This document shows, in pieces, positions 19,970 through 30,539 of a stretch of DNA of 64,000 bases. Below the pieces are notes generated by a model that searched no databases, had not been told where the DNA came from, and saw nothing but the letters and a program-made list of their open reading frames with translations. Made by a program: the position numbers and the translations under genes. Source of the DNA: an uncultured Thermoanaerobaculia bacterium (GTDB taxonomy: Bacteria > Acidobacteriota > Thermoanaerobaculia > Multivoradales > Multivoraceae); contig CATOTG010000002.1 of assembly GCA_951813015.1 (NCBI GenBank), forward strand, positions 325,310-389,309, in the 5' to 3' direction. The stretch's first letter is position 1; every line of letters begins with the position of its first letter.

Positions 19970-22648
19970 TCAGAAGCTGAAGCCCACCTTCAGCCTGAAC
20001 TCCCGCGGGCGCTGGTACCAGGCGACCTGCGCGTTGGGCCGCCCGGTGGACTGGTTGACGATGGTCGGCTCCTGGTTGTCCGTCAGATTGGCCACCTCCA
20101 AGCCGAGCTTCGCCCGCACATCGCCGACCATCGCCACCGAGTACATCGCCGACAGGTCGATCGTCCAGGTGTCCGGCAACTGCTGCGCGTCCGACGGCTC
20201 ACGGTACGTCGACGTGGTGATCGTCTGTCCCGACACCGGGTGACGCACCTGGGTCGAAACGTGAGTTCCCCACGGCCGGCCCGCAGCGTAGTGGAAGAAG
20301 CCGCCCAGCACGAAGTCGTGCCTGCCGAAGACGAAGCGCTTCATCCCGACCACGTTCGCCAGGTGTTTCCGGTCCTCGAGCAGCCGACCGAACCACCAGT
20401 CGCTCGAGGTCGCGTCGGTCAGCCCGGTTGAGACCTCGGCGCCGCCCAGGCCCTCGAAGAGGTTGAAGTTGTCGTTGAAGGAGTTGATGTTCCCCTTCGT
20501 CGAACTCAGGGTGTAGTTCGTGCGCAGGGTCCAGTTGTCGCGAAACAGCCGGTTCGCTTCGATCTGCAACCCTCGGTACTCGCGGCGGGCGTCAGACCAG
20601 TTGCGGAGATCACGGACCACCCGGCCGGCATCGTCGAACTGGAGCGTGGCGTGGAAGATGTTCGTCGCCTCACTCGCAACCAGGCGCGACTTGACGACCC
20701 ACTTCCCGGACACCTGGAAGTCCGCCCCGAAGGAAACCTCGTCCTTGTAGTACGGGTCGATGTCCTGGATCGCCTGGTCGAATGTCGGCTCGACGCGCCG
20801 CTGGAAGCGGTCGTAGCGCCGGGTCGCCCGGTTCCACAGGAACTGCTCGTAGATGTTCTCGCCGTTGTTCTGGCGCGAGAACTCCTGCAGCACGATGCCC
20901 ATGCCGATCGCGTGGTAGTAGCGCCCCAGGGTGCCGCGGAGCAGAATGCTGCCGTCGGCCTTCACGTCGTAGACGCCGCTCACCCTGGGTACCCACTCGC
21001 TGTACTCGTTGACCCGCTCGCCAATGTCGTTGTCGATCGTCTGCTGATCGCCGCGGACGCCCAGGGTCCAGACCCAGTTGTCGCCGACCTCGAAGCGATC
21101 CTGGGCGAAGACGGCCAGGAAGTCGCTCGTTTCCGTGATCACGTTCGACGGCTCGAACACTCGCTTGTTGACGGGAGTCACGAAGCCGCCGGGCAGGTTG
21201 GGGTCGTAGCCGCGTCCGCGGAACTCGGTGATGATCGAGGTCAGATTGCTGAACTCGATCGCCTGCGCGTCGATCCCGAACTTCCACTCGTGCCGGCCCC
21301 TGAAGCTGGTCAGGGACACGTTCGCCTGGTCTCGCGGGAAGTCGTTGAAGCCCTCGGCCAGGCGCACCGCCGGTCCGTTGTGGCGCAGGCCAGTGGACAG
21401 GTCCCGATAGCGGAAGTTGTTCCCCGGCGGGTCATCCGGCGAAGCGTTCGGGGCGATCGGGTGCTGCTCCGCCGCCTGCCGGCCGACGAACTCCTCACGG
21501 TTGGCGACCTTGAACTCGAGGAAGTTCGAGCTGCCCAGACCAAGACTCCAGTTGAGCGTCTGTACGCGGCCGTTCAGCGGGAAGCTCATGATCGCCCACC
21601 GGTCACCTGGATTTCCCGAAAGGCCGATGGCCTCCGACGGAGCATCGATCGCCGTGATCGCGATCTGCTGGTTGTCCCTGGGCTGGAAGTTCACCTTGGC
21701 GATCAGCGGTCTCGCGTCGCGGCTCAGGTTCACGACCGAGCCGTCCCGCAGCGTGTCGATCCGGTTGTCCGACATCTTGCCGTAGGAGAGAAAGAACCAG
21801 GCCTTGTTGCGGGCAATCGGGCCGCCGAGCCCGGTCTCGAAGCTGTTGATCCGATCGTCCGGACGCTCGAGTTCGAGGATGTCCGGCGCCCGCCACTTCG
21901 GGTTCTGGCCGATGTAGAGGAAGTCGCCGTGGAACTCGTTCGTACCCGTCTTCACCGTCGAGTTGATGATGCCGGACGTCGCCCGGCCGTACTCGGCGCC
22001 GAAACCGGTCGATTCGAGCTTCGTCTCGGTCAGCGCGGTGCCGGGAATGAGCAGACGCATCTCGCCGCCGCGTCGATGCATCGAGGTGTCCACGCCCTCG
22101 ACGTAGACACCCACCTCGGTCGAGATGCCGCCGTTCACCGACGGCAGGGAGTCCGAGTCGTTCCGGTTGACGACCGACGGCAACTGCCGCATCGCCGCGT
22201 TGTAGTTGCGCGTCCCGAAGGCGACGTTCTCCGTCACCTCCTCCGGGATCGTCGCCGCCAGGGCGGTTTCATACCGGCTGATCAGGGGCGCCTCGCCCGT
22301 CACCGTGATCTCTTCTTCGGTCGCCGACACGAGCGTCAGGTCGATGCCGCGCCGCTGCCCCGGATCGAGGTCGGTGGCCAGTTCGGCGGCGCCGAGCCCT
22401 TCGAGTTCCGCGTTCACGGTGTAGCGGCCGGCCAGCAGCAGCGCAAAGCGATAGACGCCGTCCGCGCCGGTGATGACCGTTCGCGTGCTCTGCGGACCGG
22501 TCAGGGTTACCGTGACGCCGGGCAACGGCGCACCCTGGGCGTCGAGGACGCGGCCGTCGATCGTGCCCGTCTGGGGGCCGTCCGCGAGCAGCGGAGCGAC
22601 GCAGATCAGGACGACAAGCCCTCCGAGCCAAACGGAACGTCGCTTCAT
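19970..22648 (-). CDS. TonB-dependent receptor with N-terminal carboxypeptidase-regulatory-like domain
   Basis: Start at ATG 22648 (MKRRSVWLGGLVVLICVAPLLA), preceded by GGAGGGAG. CarbopepD_reg-like segment GRVLDAQGAPLPGVTVTL. The C-terminal residue is F (…RLKVGFSF), typical of outer-membrane beta-barrels. Confidence 0.8.
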   Translation of the reverse strand: MKRRSVWLGGLVVLICVAPLLADGPQTGTIDGRVLDAQGAPLPGVTVTLTGPQSTRTVITGADGVYRFALLLAGRYTVNAELEGLGAAELATDLDPGQRRGIDLTLVSATEEEITVTGEAPLISRYETALAATIPEEVTENVAFGTRNYNAAMRQLPSVVNRNDSDSLPSVNGGISTEVGVYVEGVDTSMHRRGGEMRLLIPGTALTETKLESTGFGAEYGRATSGIINSTVKTGTNEFHGDFLYIGQNPKWRAPDILELERPDDRINSFETGLGGPIARNKAWFFLSYGKMSDNRIDTLRDGSVVNLSRDARPLIAKVNFQPRDNQQIAITAIDAPSEAIGLSGNPGDRWAIMSFPLNGRVQTLNWSLGLGSSNFLEFKVANREEFVGRQAAEQHPIAPNASPDDPPGNNFRYRDLSTGLRHNGPAVRLAEGFNDFPRDQANVSLTSFRGRHEWKFGIDAQAIEFSNLTSIITEFRGRGYDPNLPGGFVTPVNKRVFEPSNVITETSDFLAVFAQDRFEVGDNWVWTLGVRGDQQTIDNDIGERVNEYSEWVPRVSGVYDVKADGSILLRGTLGRYYHAIGMGIVLQEFSRQNNGENIYEQFLWNRATRRYDRFQRRVEPTFDQAIQDIDPYYKDEVSFGADFQVSGKWVVKSRLVASEATNIFHATLQFDDAGRVVRDLRNWSDARREYRGLQIEANRLFRDNWTLRTNYTLSSTKGNINSFNDNFNLFEGLGGAEVSTGLTDATSSDWWFGRLLEDRKHLANVVGMKRFVFGRHDFVLGGFFHYAAGRPWGTHVSTQVRHPVSGQTITTSTYREPSDAQQLPDTWTIDLSAMYSVAMVGDVRAKLGLEVANLTDNQEPTIVNQSTGRPNAQVAWYQRPREFRLKVGFSF

Positions 22649-22935
22649 GCCTCTCCCTCCAGGTCGCGGACTCAACCGGCCGCCGCGACGATTCTGCAGC
22701 GGTACAGTCAATCCGATGGTGTCGCGGGGCCTAATATAGCCAACAACGTTAGGTATGTTCAACTGTGTTCGATTTTTTGAACCCGGGCCGAAAGGAACAG
22801 CCCGATGACCTCACCCACTCGCCGCGACTTCCTCCAGCAGTCCTCGCGCCTGAACGCCGGCGGCGCCCTGGCCGACAGCCGCCGCGGCCAGCTCGGCCTC
22901 CACCTCCGCTTGCGAGGCTTGAGGAAGGGCGGCGG

Positions 22936-24114
22936 TCAAGCGCCGAGGATGCGCAACTCGCGGGGCGAGGAGGTGAGCAGCTCGCAGCCCTGCTTCGTCA
23001 CCCGGACGTTGTCTTCGATGCGTACGCCGCCCCAGCCGTTGAGGTAGAGGCCTGGTTCGATGGTGAAGACGGCGCCTTCTTCGACGACGTCGTCGTTGCC
23101 GGCCATCACGGAGGGGGGCTCGTGGATCTCGAGGCCGAGACCGTGGCCGGTGCGGTGGGTCATGAACTGCTTGAACCGCGGGGCGCGGAGGTTGGCCTGG
23201 CAGTTCTTGTGGACGTAGTCGTAGGTCACTCCGGGACGAGACGCGGCGACGCCGCGGATGTTCGCCTGCAGGACCGCTTCGTAGACCTCCCGCATCCGGT
23301 CGGTGGGCGAACCGCTGACGACGAAGGTGCGCGTGATGTCGCAGTGGTAGCCGTCGAAAGAGGTTCCGAAGTCGATCAGGAGGAACTCGCCTTCCTGCAT
23401 CTCGCGATCGTCCGGCACGCCGTGCGGCAAGGCCGACCTCGGGCCGCTCAAGACGATCGGCCCGAACGAGACGCCTCCTCCGCCCCGCCGCAGCAACTCG
23501 CTTGAGAGCTTGGAGGCAATCTCGACCTCCTTGCGCCCGGGCTTCACGTCGCGCAGCGTGAACTCGAGCGCCGCTTCCGCGATCTTCGACGCCCTCTTCA
23601 TCAGCGCCGCTTCCTCGTCGCTCTTCTTGAGCCGCAGAGCGGTCGCGACCCGTTCGGCGCTTTCGATCCTTGCTTTCGGGAGTTCCCGCTGCACGTGCCC
23701 GAACTCCATGTAGCGCAGGCTCAACGGCTCCACCGCGACCCGGGAGGCCTTGGCCAGGCACTTGAACGCATCCGCGGCGGCCTTCTCCGGGCCATCCGCA
23801 TCGTCCCAGAGGTGAAGCGACTCGACGGACGGCGCCGCGCCGCGGAAGTTCGCCTCTTCCAGAGCCGGAACGACCGCCACCGCCGCGTCGGACGTCGGCA
23901 CGATCAACAGGAAGAGGCGCTCGTGGGCTTCGAACTCGTGGCCCAACAGCCACGTCATCGTGGCCGCCGGAGTCAAGACGACCGCGTCGACGCCGGCCGC
24001 CGAGGCCGCCTGGCGCAACTGGTCCAGGCGCAGGGCATCACGGCTGGCCGGCGCCTGCTCGCCGGCGCCCTCTGCCTGTGCCGCCAAGTCCGCTCCAACC
24101 GTGTCGTCGCTCAT
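22936..24114 (-). CDS. M24-family Xaa-Pro aminopeptidase/dipeptidase
   Basis: C-terminal 392 aa of the 949-aa ORF, from ATG 24114 (MSDDTVGADL...). Pita-bread motifs HRTGHGLGLEIHE and DFG...DGYHCDITRT. The remainder of the long ORF is antisense to the acyl-CoA dehydrogenase gene. Confidence 0.8.
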   Translation of the reverse strand: MSDDTVGADLAAQAEGAGEQAPASRDALRLDQLRQAASAAGVDAVVLTPAATMTWLLGHEFEAHERLFLLIVPTSDAAVAVVPALEEANFRGAAPSVESLHLWDDADGPEKAAADAFKCLAKASRVAVEPLSLRYMEFGHVQRELPKARIESAERVATALRLKKSDEEAALMKRASKIAEAALEFTLRDVKPGRKEVEIASKLSSELLRRGGGGVSFGPIVLSGPRSALPHGVPDDREMQEGEFLLIDFGTSFDGYHCDITRTFVVSGSPTDRMREVYEAVLQANIRGVAASRPGVTYDYVHKNCQANLRAPRFKQFMTHRTGHGLGLEIHEPPSVMAGNDDVVEEGAVFTIEPGLYLNGWGGVRIEDNVRVTKQGCELLTSSPRELRILGA

Positions 24115-24300
24115 TTTGCCCCCGCCGCCACTTTTCGTTGCCCGCCCTCCAGAACCCGGCTGGCGCGGCCAGCGCCACCCCTGAACCAGTCCGCGCGCCC
24201 GATGACGGGCGCACGAACGGCGCCGTCGGATGCAACAGCTTACTCCGAATGCTCCGAAGTGCTGGCGGAGCCCTTCAAGCGCGATAAAGTCCCGCCCATC

Positions 24301-25512
24301 ATGGATACATCGATCGGTTCCCAGTACGACGAACTCCGCCAGGAGGTCCGCTCCTTTTTCGCCGCCAACGAGGACGTCGCGGTCCCCGCCGGACCCGGCT
24401 TCGGCGGCGACGCCTCCGAGGTCCGCAATCGGGTCGTCAAGTGGCAGCAGCGGCTCGTGGACGCCGGTTACGCCGGCCGCGAGATCCCGCAACGCTACGG
24501 CGGCGCCGGCCGCGAGCCCGATGCCCTCGCCAGCCTGGTGATCGAGGAAGAGTTCCAGAACGCAGGGCTCTCCCTCGGGATGGAGAACCAGGGCATCAGC
24601 ATGTTCGTGCCCACTCTTCTGCACTTCGGCCGCGAAGACCAGAAGAAGGACCTGATCGGCCCCACGATCCGCGGCGAGCTGATCTGGTGCCAGGGGTACA
24701 GCGAGCCCGGATCCGGCTCCGACCTGGCGTCGCTGCGCACTTCCGCGGTGCTCGACGGCGACGAGTACGTGATCAACGGTCAGAAGATCTGGACCAGCGG
24801 CGCCCGCGAAGCCGACATGATGTTCGCCCTGATCCGCACCGAAGCGGACGCCGGAAAGCACGGCGGCATCAGCTACCTCGTCCTGTCGATGGACACGCCC
24901 GGCCTCGACGTGCGCCCCCTGATGACGATGACGGGCGACGCCTCCTTCAACGAGGTCTTCTTCACCGACGTGCGGGTGCCCGCAACGAACGTGATCGGCC
25001 GCCCCGGCCAGGGCTGGGAGGTGGGCACGTACACCCTGCGCTTCGAGCGCAACATGCTCGGCCGTTCGAACGCGACGGAGAATTACCTGGCCGGCTGTGT
25101 CGACATCCTGCGCGAGACCGGCCTGATCGATTCGCCCGTCTACCGCGACCGGCTGCTCAAGCTGGAGGGCCGGGTGCAGGCGATGAAGTACCACCAGTTG
25201 CGCCTGCTCACCGATCGGCTGAAGAAGCGGGACTCGGGCGCCGGGGGGCTCATCGTCAAGCTGAACAACTGCCAGTTGAACTACGACGTCTGCGCCCTGG
25301 CGATTGACGCGATGGCCGAGCGCGGCGTCCTCAGGCGCGGCTCGAAGCACGTCCGCGACTACGGCAACTGGCAGCGCAACTACATGTACGCCCTGGGCCT
25401 GATCATCGGCGGCGGCACCGCCCAGATCCAGAAGAACATCATCGGCGAGCGGGGCCTTGGACTGCCTCGGGCGCCGAAGCCGGCCGCGGTCCAGAGTCCG
25501 CGCCGCCCTTGA
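24301..25512 (+). CDS. Acyl-CoA dehydrogenase
   Basis: ACAD N-terminus MDTSIGSQYDELRQEVRSFF and middle-domain motif CQGYSEPGSGSDLASLRT. Start chosen at ATG 24301 inside ORF 23695..25512. Confidence 0.75.
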   Translation: MDTSIGSQYDELRQEVRSFFAANEDVAVPAGPGFGGDASEVRNRVVKWQQRLVDAGYAGREIPQRYGGAGREPDALASLVIEEEFQNAGLSLGMENQGISMFVPTLLHFGREDQKKDLIGPTIRGELIWCQGYSEPGSGSDLASLRTSAVLDGDEYVINGQKIWTSGAREADMMFALIRTEADAGKHGGISYLVLSMDTPGLDVRPLMTMTGDASFNEVFFTDVRVPATNVIGRPGQGWEVGTYTLRFERNMLGRSNATENYLAGCVDILRETGLIDSPVYRDRLLKLEGRVQAMKYHQLRLLTDRLKKRDSGAGGLIVKLNNCQLNYDVCALAIDAMAERGVLRRGSKHVRDYGNWQRNYMYALGLIIGGGTAQIQKNIIGERGLGLPRAPKPAAVQSPRRP

Positions 25513-25528
25513 GCCAAAGGAGTCCGAC

Positions 25529-26581
25529 ATGGACTTTGGACTGACGCAGCCGCAAGAGCTGCTCCGAGATTCGATCGCCCGTTTTCTCGCCCAGGACGTC
25601 GGCATCGAGCGCGTCCGACGCGTGATGGACTCCGAGTCCGGGCAGGACGAAGCAATCCACGGCCAGCTCGGCGACCAGGGCATCACCGGCCTTCTGGTCG
25701 ACATGGACCGCGGCGGCTCGGAACTCGGGATGCAGGAGGCTGCAATCGCCGCCCAGGAGATCGGTCGCGCCGCGGCGCCGGTCAACTTCCACTCCGCCTA
25801 CGTCCTGGCGCCGCTGCTGCTCGCCGGCGCCGACGCCGGCGAGCGCCGGAACGGCCTGCTCGAAGGGATCGCCGAAGGCCGAACGCTCGTCACTCCGATC
25901 CTCGACGCCCCGGTCCAGAACGGCCGCGTCGACGGAACCGTGCTCTACGTGCCCGACGCCGCCTGGTCAGACGCCTTCCTGCTCGAATCCGGAGGCAGCC
26001 TCCACCTGCTCGAGACGAAGACCGCGGGGATCGACATCGAGCCCCTCCAGACCGTCGACGACACGCGCCGGGTTGCCGAAGTCACCTTCTCCGGCGTCGA
26101 CCTGAACGCCGCGGAGAGCCTCGGCGGCAGTGCCGAGAGCACCAGGCGCGCCGTCTACGCGGCCCAGATCGCCATCGCCGCCGACGCCCTCGGCGCCGCC
26201 CGGAAGGGACTGCACATCGCGGTCGACTACGCGAAGGAGCGCAAGCAGTTCGAGCGCATCATCGGCTCCTTCCAGGCGGTCAAACACATCTGCGCCGAAG
26301 TCCTCGCCGAAGTCGAGCCGGTCCAGTCCCTGCTCTGGCACACCGCCGACGCCTGGGACGAAGGTTCGGACGAAATCGACCACTTCGCCCCTCTGCTCAA
26401 GGCCCACGCCACCGACGTGGCAAGCCACGCCGTCACGATGACCACCCAGGTCTTCGGCGGCATCGGCTTTACCCACGAGTGCGACATGCACATCTTCTAC
26501 AAGCGCGCCGGCTACGACCGCCAGGTGCTGGGGAATCCCACGGCGCTGCGGGAGCAGGCGGCGGCGGCGATGTACGCCTGA
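25529..26581 (+). CDS. Acyl-CoA dehydrogenase family protein (probable partner subunit of the upstream ACAD)
   Basis: ATG 25529 (MDFGLTQPQELLRDSI) is preceded by AAGGAG. ACAD C-terminal helical domain. Sits 17 bp after the first ACAD. Confidence 0.75.
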   Translation: MDFGLTQPQELLRDSIARFLAQDVGIERVRRVMDSESGQDEAIHGQLGDQGITGLLVDMDRGGSELGMQEAAIAAQEIGRAAAPVNFHSAYVLAPLLLAGADAGERRNGLLEGIAEGRTLVTPILDAPVQNGRVDGTVLYVPDAAWSDAFLLESGGSLHLLETKTAGIDIEPLQTVDDTRRVAEVTFSGVDLNAAESLGGSAESTRRAVYAAQIAIAADALGAARKGLHIAVDYAKERKQFERIIGSFQAVKHICAEVLAEVEPVQSLLWHTADAWDEGSDEIDHFAPLLKAHATDVASHAVTMTTQVFGGIGFTHECDMHIFYKRAGYDRQVLGNPTALREQAAAAMYA

Positions 26582-26595
26582 GGCCGCCGGGCCGG

Positions 26596-29285
26596 CGCAG
26601 ACGCTTCTGTCGTGAGCCTGGGACTGACGCCGGCCGGTGGCCTGCGCTGGACACAAGACGGCGTTCAGGATGCTGCGGAGGAGACCGGACACCTGGAGCA
26701 GGCCTTCAACGCCGATTGGCGCGAGGCCCTGTTCGCGCTGGCGGCGGGAAGACGAGTACCCTGGGGTCGCCCCCTCTCCGCTTCTGGCAGAGCATCGCCG
26801 AGCGCCATCTGACCGGGCTCTGCCAGCTGCCGGAACGGGCGGCGCAACCCACTGTGGCGCCACCGACCGCGGCCGCGTGCGCCGCTCTCGTAGAAGCCGC
26901 CCCACCGATGGTCGGCGGCGAGTACCTGTCCGTGGAGCGCCTGCAGCGCGTCTGGACCGAGATGGACGACTGGGTGCGCCAGGCGGCCTCGACGGCAGGA
27001 GGGCTGTCCCCGTTCCTGCGTGAGCGAGCGCCGAACTGGCATCAAGGTGGGGCGGGTGTGCTCCACCTGGCCGAGAACAAGAGTGACCCGGCACGGCCGT
27101 TCGCGTTCATGGCCACCTATGCCGCGCGACTCGGCGCGACCGGACGGGCGCGGCACGTGCCGCTGCGACGAGCGCTCGAGCAGTACGCGGGCGCGAACAA
27201 CCGCGCAGCGCTGATCACGCTCCTGTCACCGATTCAGCAAGCCGCGAAGGCGTGCGACTGGGTACGGGAGATCGTGGATTCGGGCGACGTCTACCGGCCG
27301 ATGGCCTGGACACCGGATCGCGCCTATCGACTCCTGCGCAGCGTGCCGGAACTCGAGGAGAGCGGGCTGTCCGTGCGGTTGCCGAACTGGTGGCGCAAAC
27401 GTCCGCGACCGCAGGTCTCCGTGACGTCGGCGAGACGTCATCCCTGGTCGGCGCCGAGGCCATGCTGGACTTTCGCGTCGAAGTCGCTCTCGGCGGCGAG
27501 CCGCTGTCGGAAGCCGACCTGAACGAGATCCTGGAAGGCGACGGCAACCTGGTGCTTCTCAAGGGTCAATGGGTCGAAGTGGACCGCGACCGTCTGCGGC
27601 AGGCGATCGAGCACTGGGATGCCGTGCACCGCGCGGCCGGCGAACACGGCATCTCGTACATCGAGGGAATGCGCCTCCTCGCCGGCGCCTCGGTCGATCT
27701 TCAGGGTGAGGCGGAAGCCGATGCCGAACGCCGCTGGGTCCATGTCGAGGCCGGGGACGGCATGCGCAGGATTCTCGCCGGCATGCGTGATCCGGGAGCG
27801 CTGGCGCCCGTCGACGACGGCACGCTTCAGGGGACCCTGCGGCCATACCAACGCGCAGGTGTCGCATGGCTCGTCTTTCTCACCCGTCTGGGCCTCGGCG
27901 CCTGCCTGGCCGACGACATGGGCCTGGGCAAGACGATCCAGGTTGCTGGCCCTGCTGCTGGCTGACCGCGGCGGGCACGACGACGAGCGACGAGCGCCCT
28001 CGCTGCTCGTGATTCCCGCCTCCCTGCTCGGAAACTGGCGCGCCGAAGCGGCTCGGTTCGCGCCGTCGCTGGTCCTTCGATTCCTGCACCCGTCGGAAAC
28101 GGACCCGCGAGACCCTGAACCGGATTGCCCGCGACCCCGCGCGGTCACTGGCCGACGCCGACCTGGTCGTGACCACGTACGCGATGCTCACGCGGCAGTC
28201 CTGGCTGGCCGAGATGCGGTGGCGACTGATCATCCTGGACGAAGCGCAGGCCATCAAGAACCCCGGCACGCTCCAGAGCCGTTCGGCTCGAAAGCTCGAG
28301 GCCGACGCCCGCGTCGCGATGACGGGCACGCCGGTGGAGAATCGCCCGGGAGACCTGTGGGCGCTCTTCGATTTCCCTCCATCCCGGTCTGCTCGGCTCG
28401 CAAGCCGTGTTTCGGCGCTTCGTCAAGACCCTGCAACAACGCGAACTGCAGCCGTTCGCGCCGCTTCGTCGACTCGTCGCGCCCTACATCCTGCGCCGCC
28501 TGAAGACGGACCGCAGCATCATCGACGACCTGCCCGACAAGACCGAGATGGCGCGCTACTGCCATCTGACCGAACCCAGGTCGCGCTCTACCAGAAGGTG
28601 GTGCGGTCGATGAAACGCGACATGGAGTTGGCCGAGGGCATCAAGCGGCGGGGCCTCGTGCTGCAGGCACTCATGCGATTGAAACAGGTCTGCAACCACC
28701 CCCAGCCAGCTCTCCGGAGACGGCGACTACCGACCGAACCACAGCGGCAAGTTCGAACGCATTGCCGAGATCTGCGCGGAACTCGCCGAACGCCAGGAAC
28801 GCGTTCTCGTGTTCACCCAGTTCCGGGAGATCATCGATCCGCTGTCCACCCATCTCGCCGCAGTCTTCGGCCGGCCGGGACTGGCGCTGCACGGCGGCAC
28901 CGGAGTCAGGGCGCGCCGCGGCCTGGTCGAAGCGTTTCAGCGCGGCGACGGACCGCCGTTCTTCGTGCTTTCCCTCAAGGCGGGAGGCACGGGCCTGAAC
29001 CTGACGGCCGCTTCGCACGTGATCCACTTCGACCGCTGGTGGAACCCGGCGGTGGAGAATCAGGCGACCGACCGGGCCTTTCGGATCGGCCAGCGCCGCA
29101 ACGTGGTCGTCCACAAGTTCATCACTTCCGGCACCATCGAGGAGAAGATCGATCGGCTGATCAGCGAGAAGAACGATCTGGCGAAGGATCTTCTGGAGGA
29201 CGGCCGCGAGGTGAAGCTCACCGAACTCTCCGACGAAGACCTGCTGGACCTGGTCCGCCTCGACATCACCCGAGCGGGGGTCTAG
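26596..29285 (+). pseudogene. SNF2-family helicase with N-terminal SNF2_assoc domain, disrupted by at least six frameshifts
   Basis: Homologous segments switch frame in this order. (1) 26612-26812: LEQAFNADWREALFALAAG. (2) ~26770-27430: RFWQSIAERH...LPNWW. (3) 27430-27960: [12 protein letters not shown]...[10 protein letters not shown]. (4) 27960-28095, then 28100-28380: VVTTYAMLTR...ILDEAQAIKNPGT...MTGTPVENR. (5) 28380-28580: LHPGLLGS...ILRRLKTD. (6) 28580-28700, then 28700-29285: helicase C QATDRAFRIGQ. At least four junctions fall in runs of 4-5 C. Confidence 0.7.
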
Positions 29286-29291
29286 CAGCCC

Positions 29292-30539
29292 ATGTACAGG
29301 TTCCCGACCTACGTTCCAGTCGCCGCGCGACGCGCCAAGGCAGCGCGCAAGGTCGCCAGTCTCCGCAAGCAGGGGAAGAAGGTCCAGCCAGTCGAGATCA
29401 CGGGCAACCTGATCGCCCGGAGCTTCTGGGGCAAGCGCTGGTGCAAGCGCATGGAGTCTTTCTCCGACTACCGCAACCGACTGCCGCGGGGCCGCAGCTA
29501 CGCGCGCCACGGGGCCGTCTGCGACCTGGCCATCCGGGCCGGCCGGGTCGACGCGCTGGTCTTCGGTACCAGGCTCTACCGCGTTTCCATTCGCATCGAA
29601 GGGCTCAAGCCGGCAATCTGGAAGTCGATCAAGACAAAATGCACCGGACAGATCGGTTCCGTCCTCGAACTGCTCCAGGGGAAACTGTCCGATCAGGTGA
29701 TGGACGTGGTCACGGATCGCCGCCGCGGTCTGTTCCCGACCCCGCGCCAGATCGAATTCGATTGCAACTGCCCGGACTGGGCGGGCATGTGCAAGCACGT
29801 GGCTTCCGTCCTGTACGGCGTCGGCAACCGCCTCGACGACAGCCCTGAACTCCTCTTCCTGCTGCGCAAGGTCGACGAATCGGAGTTGATCGATGCCGAG
29901 ATGGCGCTGCCGGCCGGCGCGGCGGGGACGGATTCCCTCGAGGAAGGCGACCTGTCGGGCATCTTCGGCATCGACCTGGACACGGACGATGCGCCGGCTG
30001 CCCGCTCCCGACCGCGGAGGAAGGCGTCGCGCAACGCCCGCGAACGCAGCGCTTCGCGAACCACGAACCCGCGGAAGCGCACCGGCAAGAGGGGCGCCGC
30101 GAGAAAGAGCGCCGCGACGAAGGCCTCCGCACGGAAGCGCGCTTCGACGAAGACCTCCGGGCGCAAGCGCGCCGCGAAGAAGGCCCCGGCGGCGCCGCCG
30201 CCGTTCCGCCCCACCGGCGCCCGGGTGCGCGGTCTCCGTCGGCGCAGCCGCATGTCGGTGGCCGACTTCGCCGCCACACTCGGAGTTTCGCCGGCAACCG
30301 TGCGCCGCTGGGAGTCCGCGCGCGGCCCGCTCACCCCTCAGGTCCGCCTCGCACGACGCGCTGCAGACCCTGAACGAACAGATCGGGACAGCCGGCAGAT
30401 AGCTGCCGCCGTCGTCGCCGGGAACTCGCCGCGAAGCTCGCAGGCAAGTCGCGTCGGCCGGCTTCAGACGGGCGCCGAACCGACCGTCGTGCTCCCGCGA
30501 CCGGCCAGTCCCCTGACCCGGTACGCTCGGCTCGCATGA
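29292..30539 (+). CDS. SWIM zinc-finger protein (SNF2 partner) with HTH segment and a Lys/Arg/Ala-rich histone-H1-like tract
   Basis: 415 aa. SWIM motif CNCPDWAGMCKHVASVLY. Basic tract KRTGKRGAARKSAATKASARKRASTKTSGRKRAAKKAPAA. HTH-like MSVADFAATLGVSPATVRRWE. The stop overlaps the next gene as ATGA. Confidence 0.75.
   Translation: MYRFPTYVPVAARRAKAARKVASLRKQGKKVQPVEITGNLIARSFWGKRWCKRMESFSDYRNRLPRGRSYARHGAVCDLAIRAGRVDALVFGTRLYRVSIRIEGLKPAIWKSIKTKCTGQIGSVLELLQGKLSDQVMDVVTDRRRGLFPTPRQIEFDCNCPDWAGMCKHVASVLYGVGNRLDDSPELLFLLRKVDESELIDAEMALPAGAAGTDSLEEGDLSGIFGIDLDTDDAPAARSRPRRKASRNARERSASRTTNPRKRTGKRGAARKSAATKASARKRASTKTSGRKRAAKKAPAAPPPFRPTGARVRGLRRRSRMSVADFAATLGVSPATVRRWESARGPLTPQVRLARRAADPERTDRDSRQIAAAVVAGNSPRSSQASRVGRLQTGAEPTVVLPRPASPLTRYARLA

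Noticed and set aside
20651-22780. 709-aa plus-strand ORF opposite the TonB-dependent receptor
   Set aside because: Antisense artefact. The minus frame encodes a complete TonB-dependent receptor with a C-terminal Phe.
24115-25785. Upstream 557 codons of the 949-aa minus-strand ORF 22936..25785
   Set aside because: Antisense to the well-supported acyl-CoA dehydrogenase gene. Only the C-terminal 392 aa (M24 peptidase) are real.
26596-29285. Programmed ribosomal frameshifting or ordinary assembly error as explanations for the split SNF2 gene
   Set aside because: Six or more shifts in both directions within one gene is incompatible with programmed frameshifting. Global sequencing error is unlikely because all other long genes, including poly-C-containing ones, are intact. 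The locus is therefore called a pseudogene. Local read-level error cannot be excluded without data.
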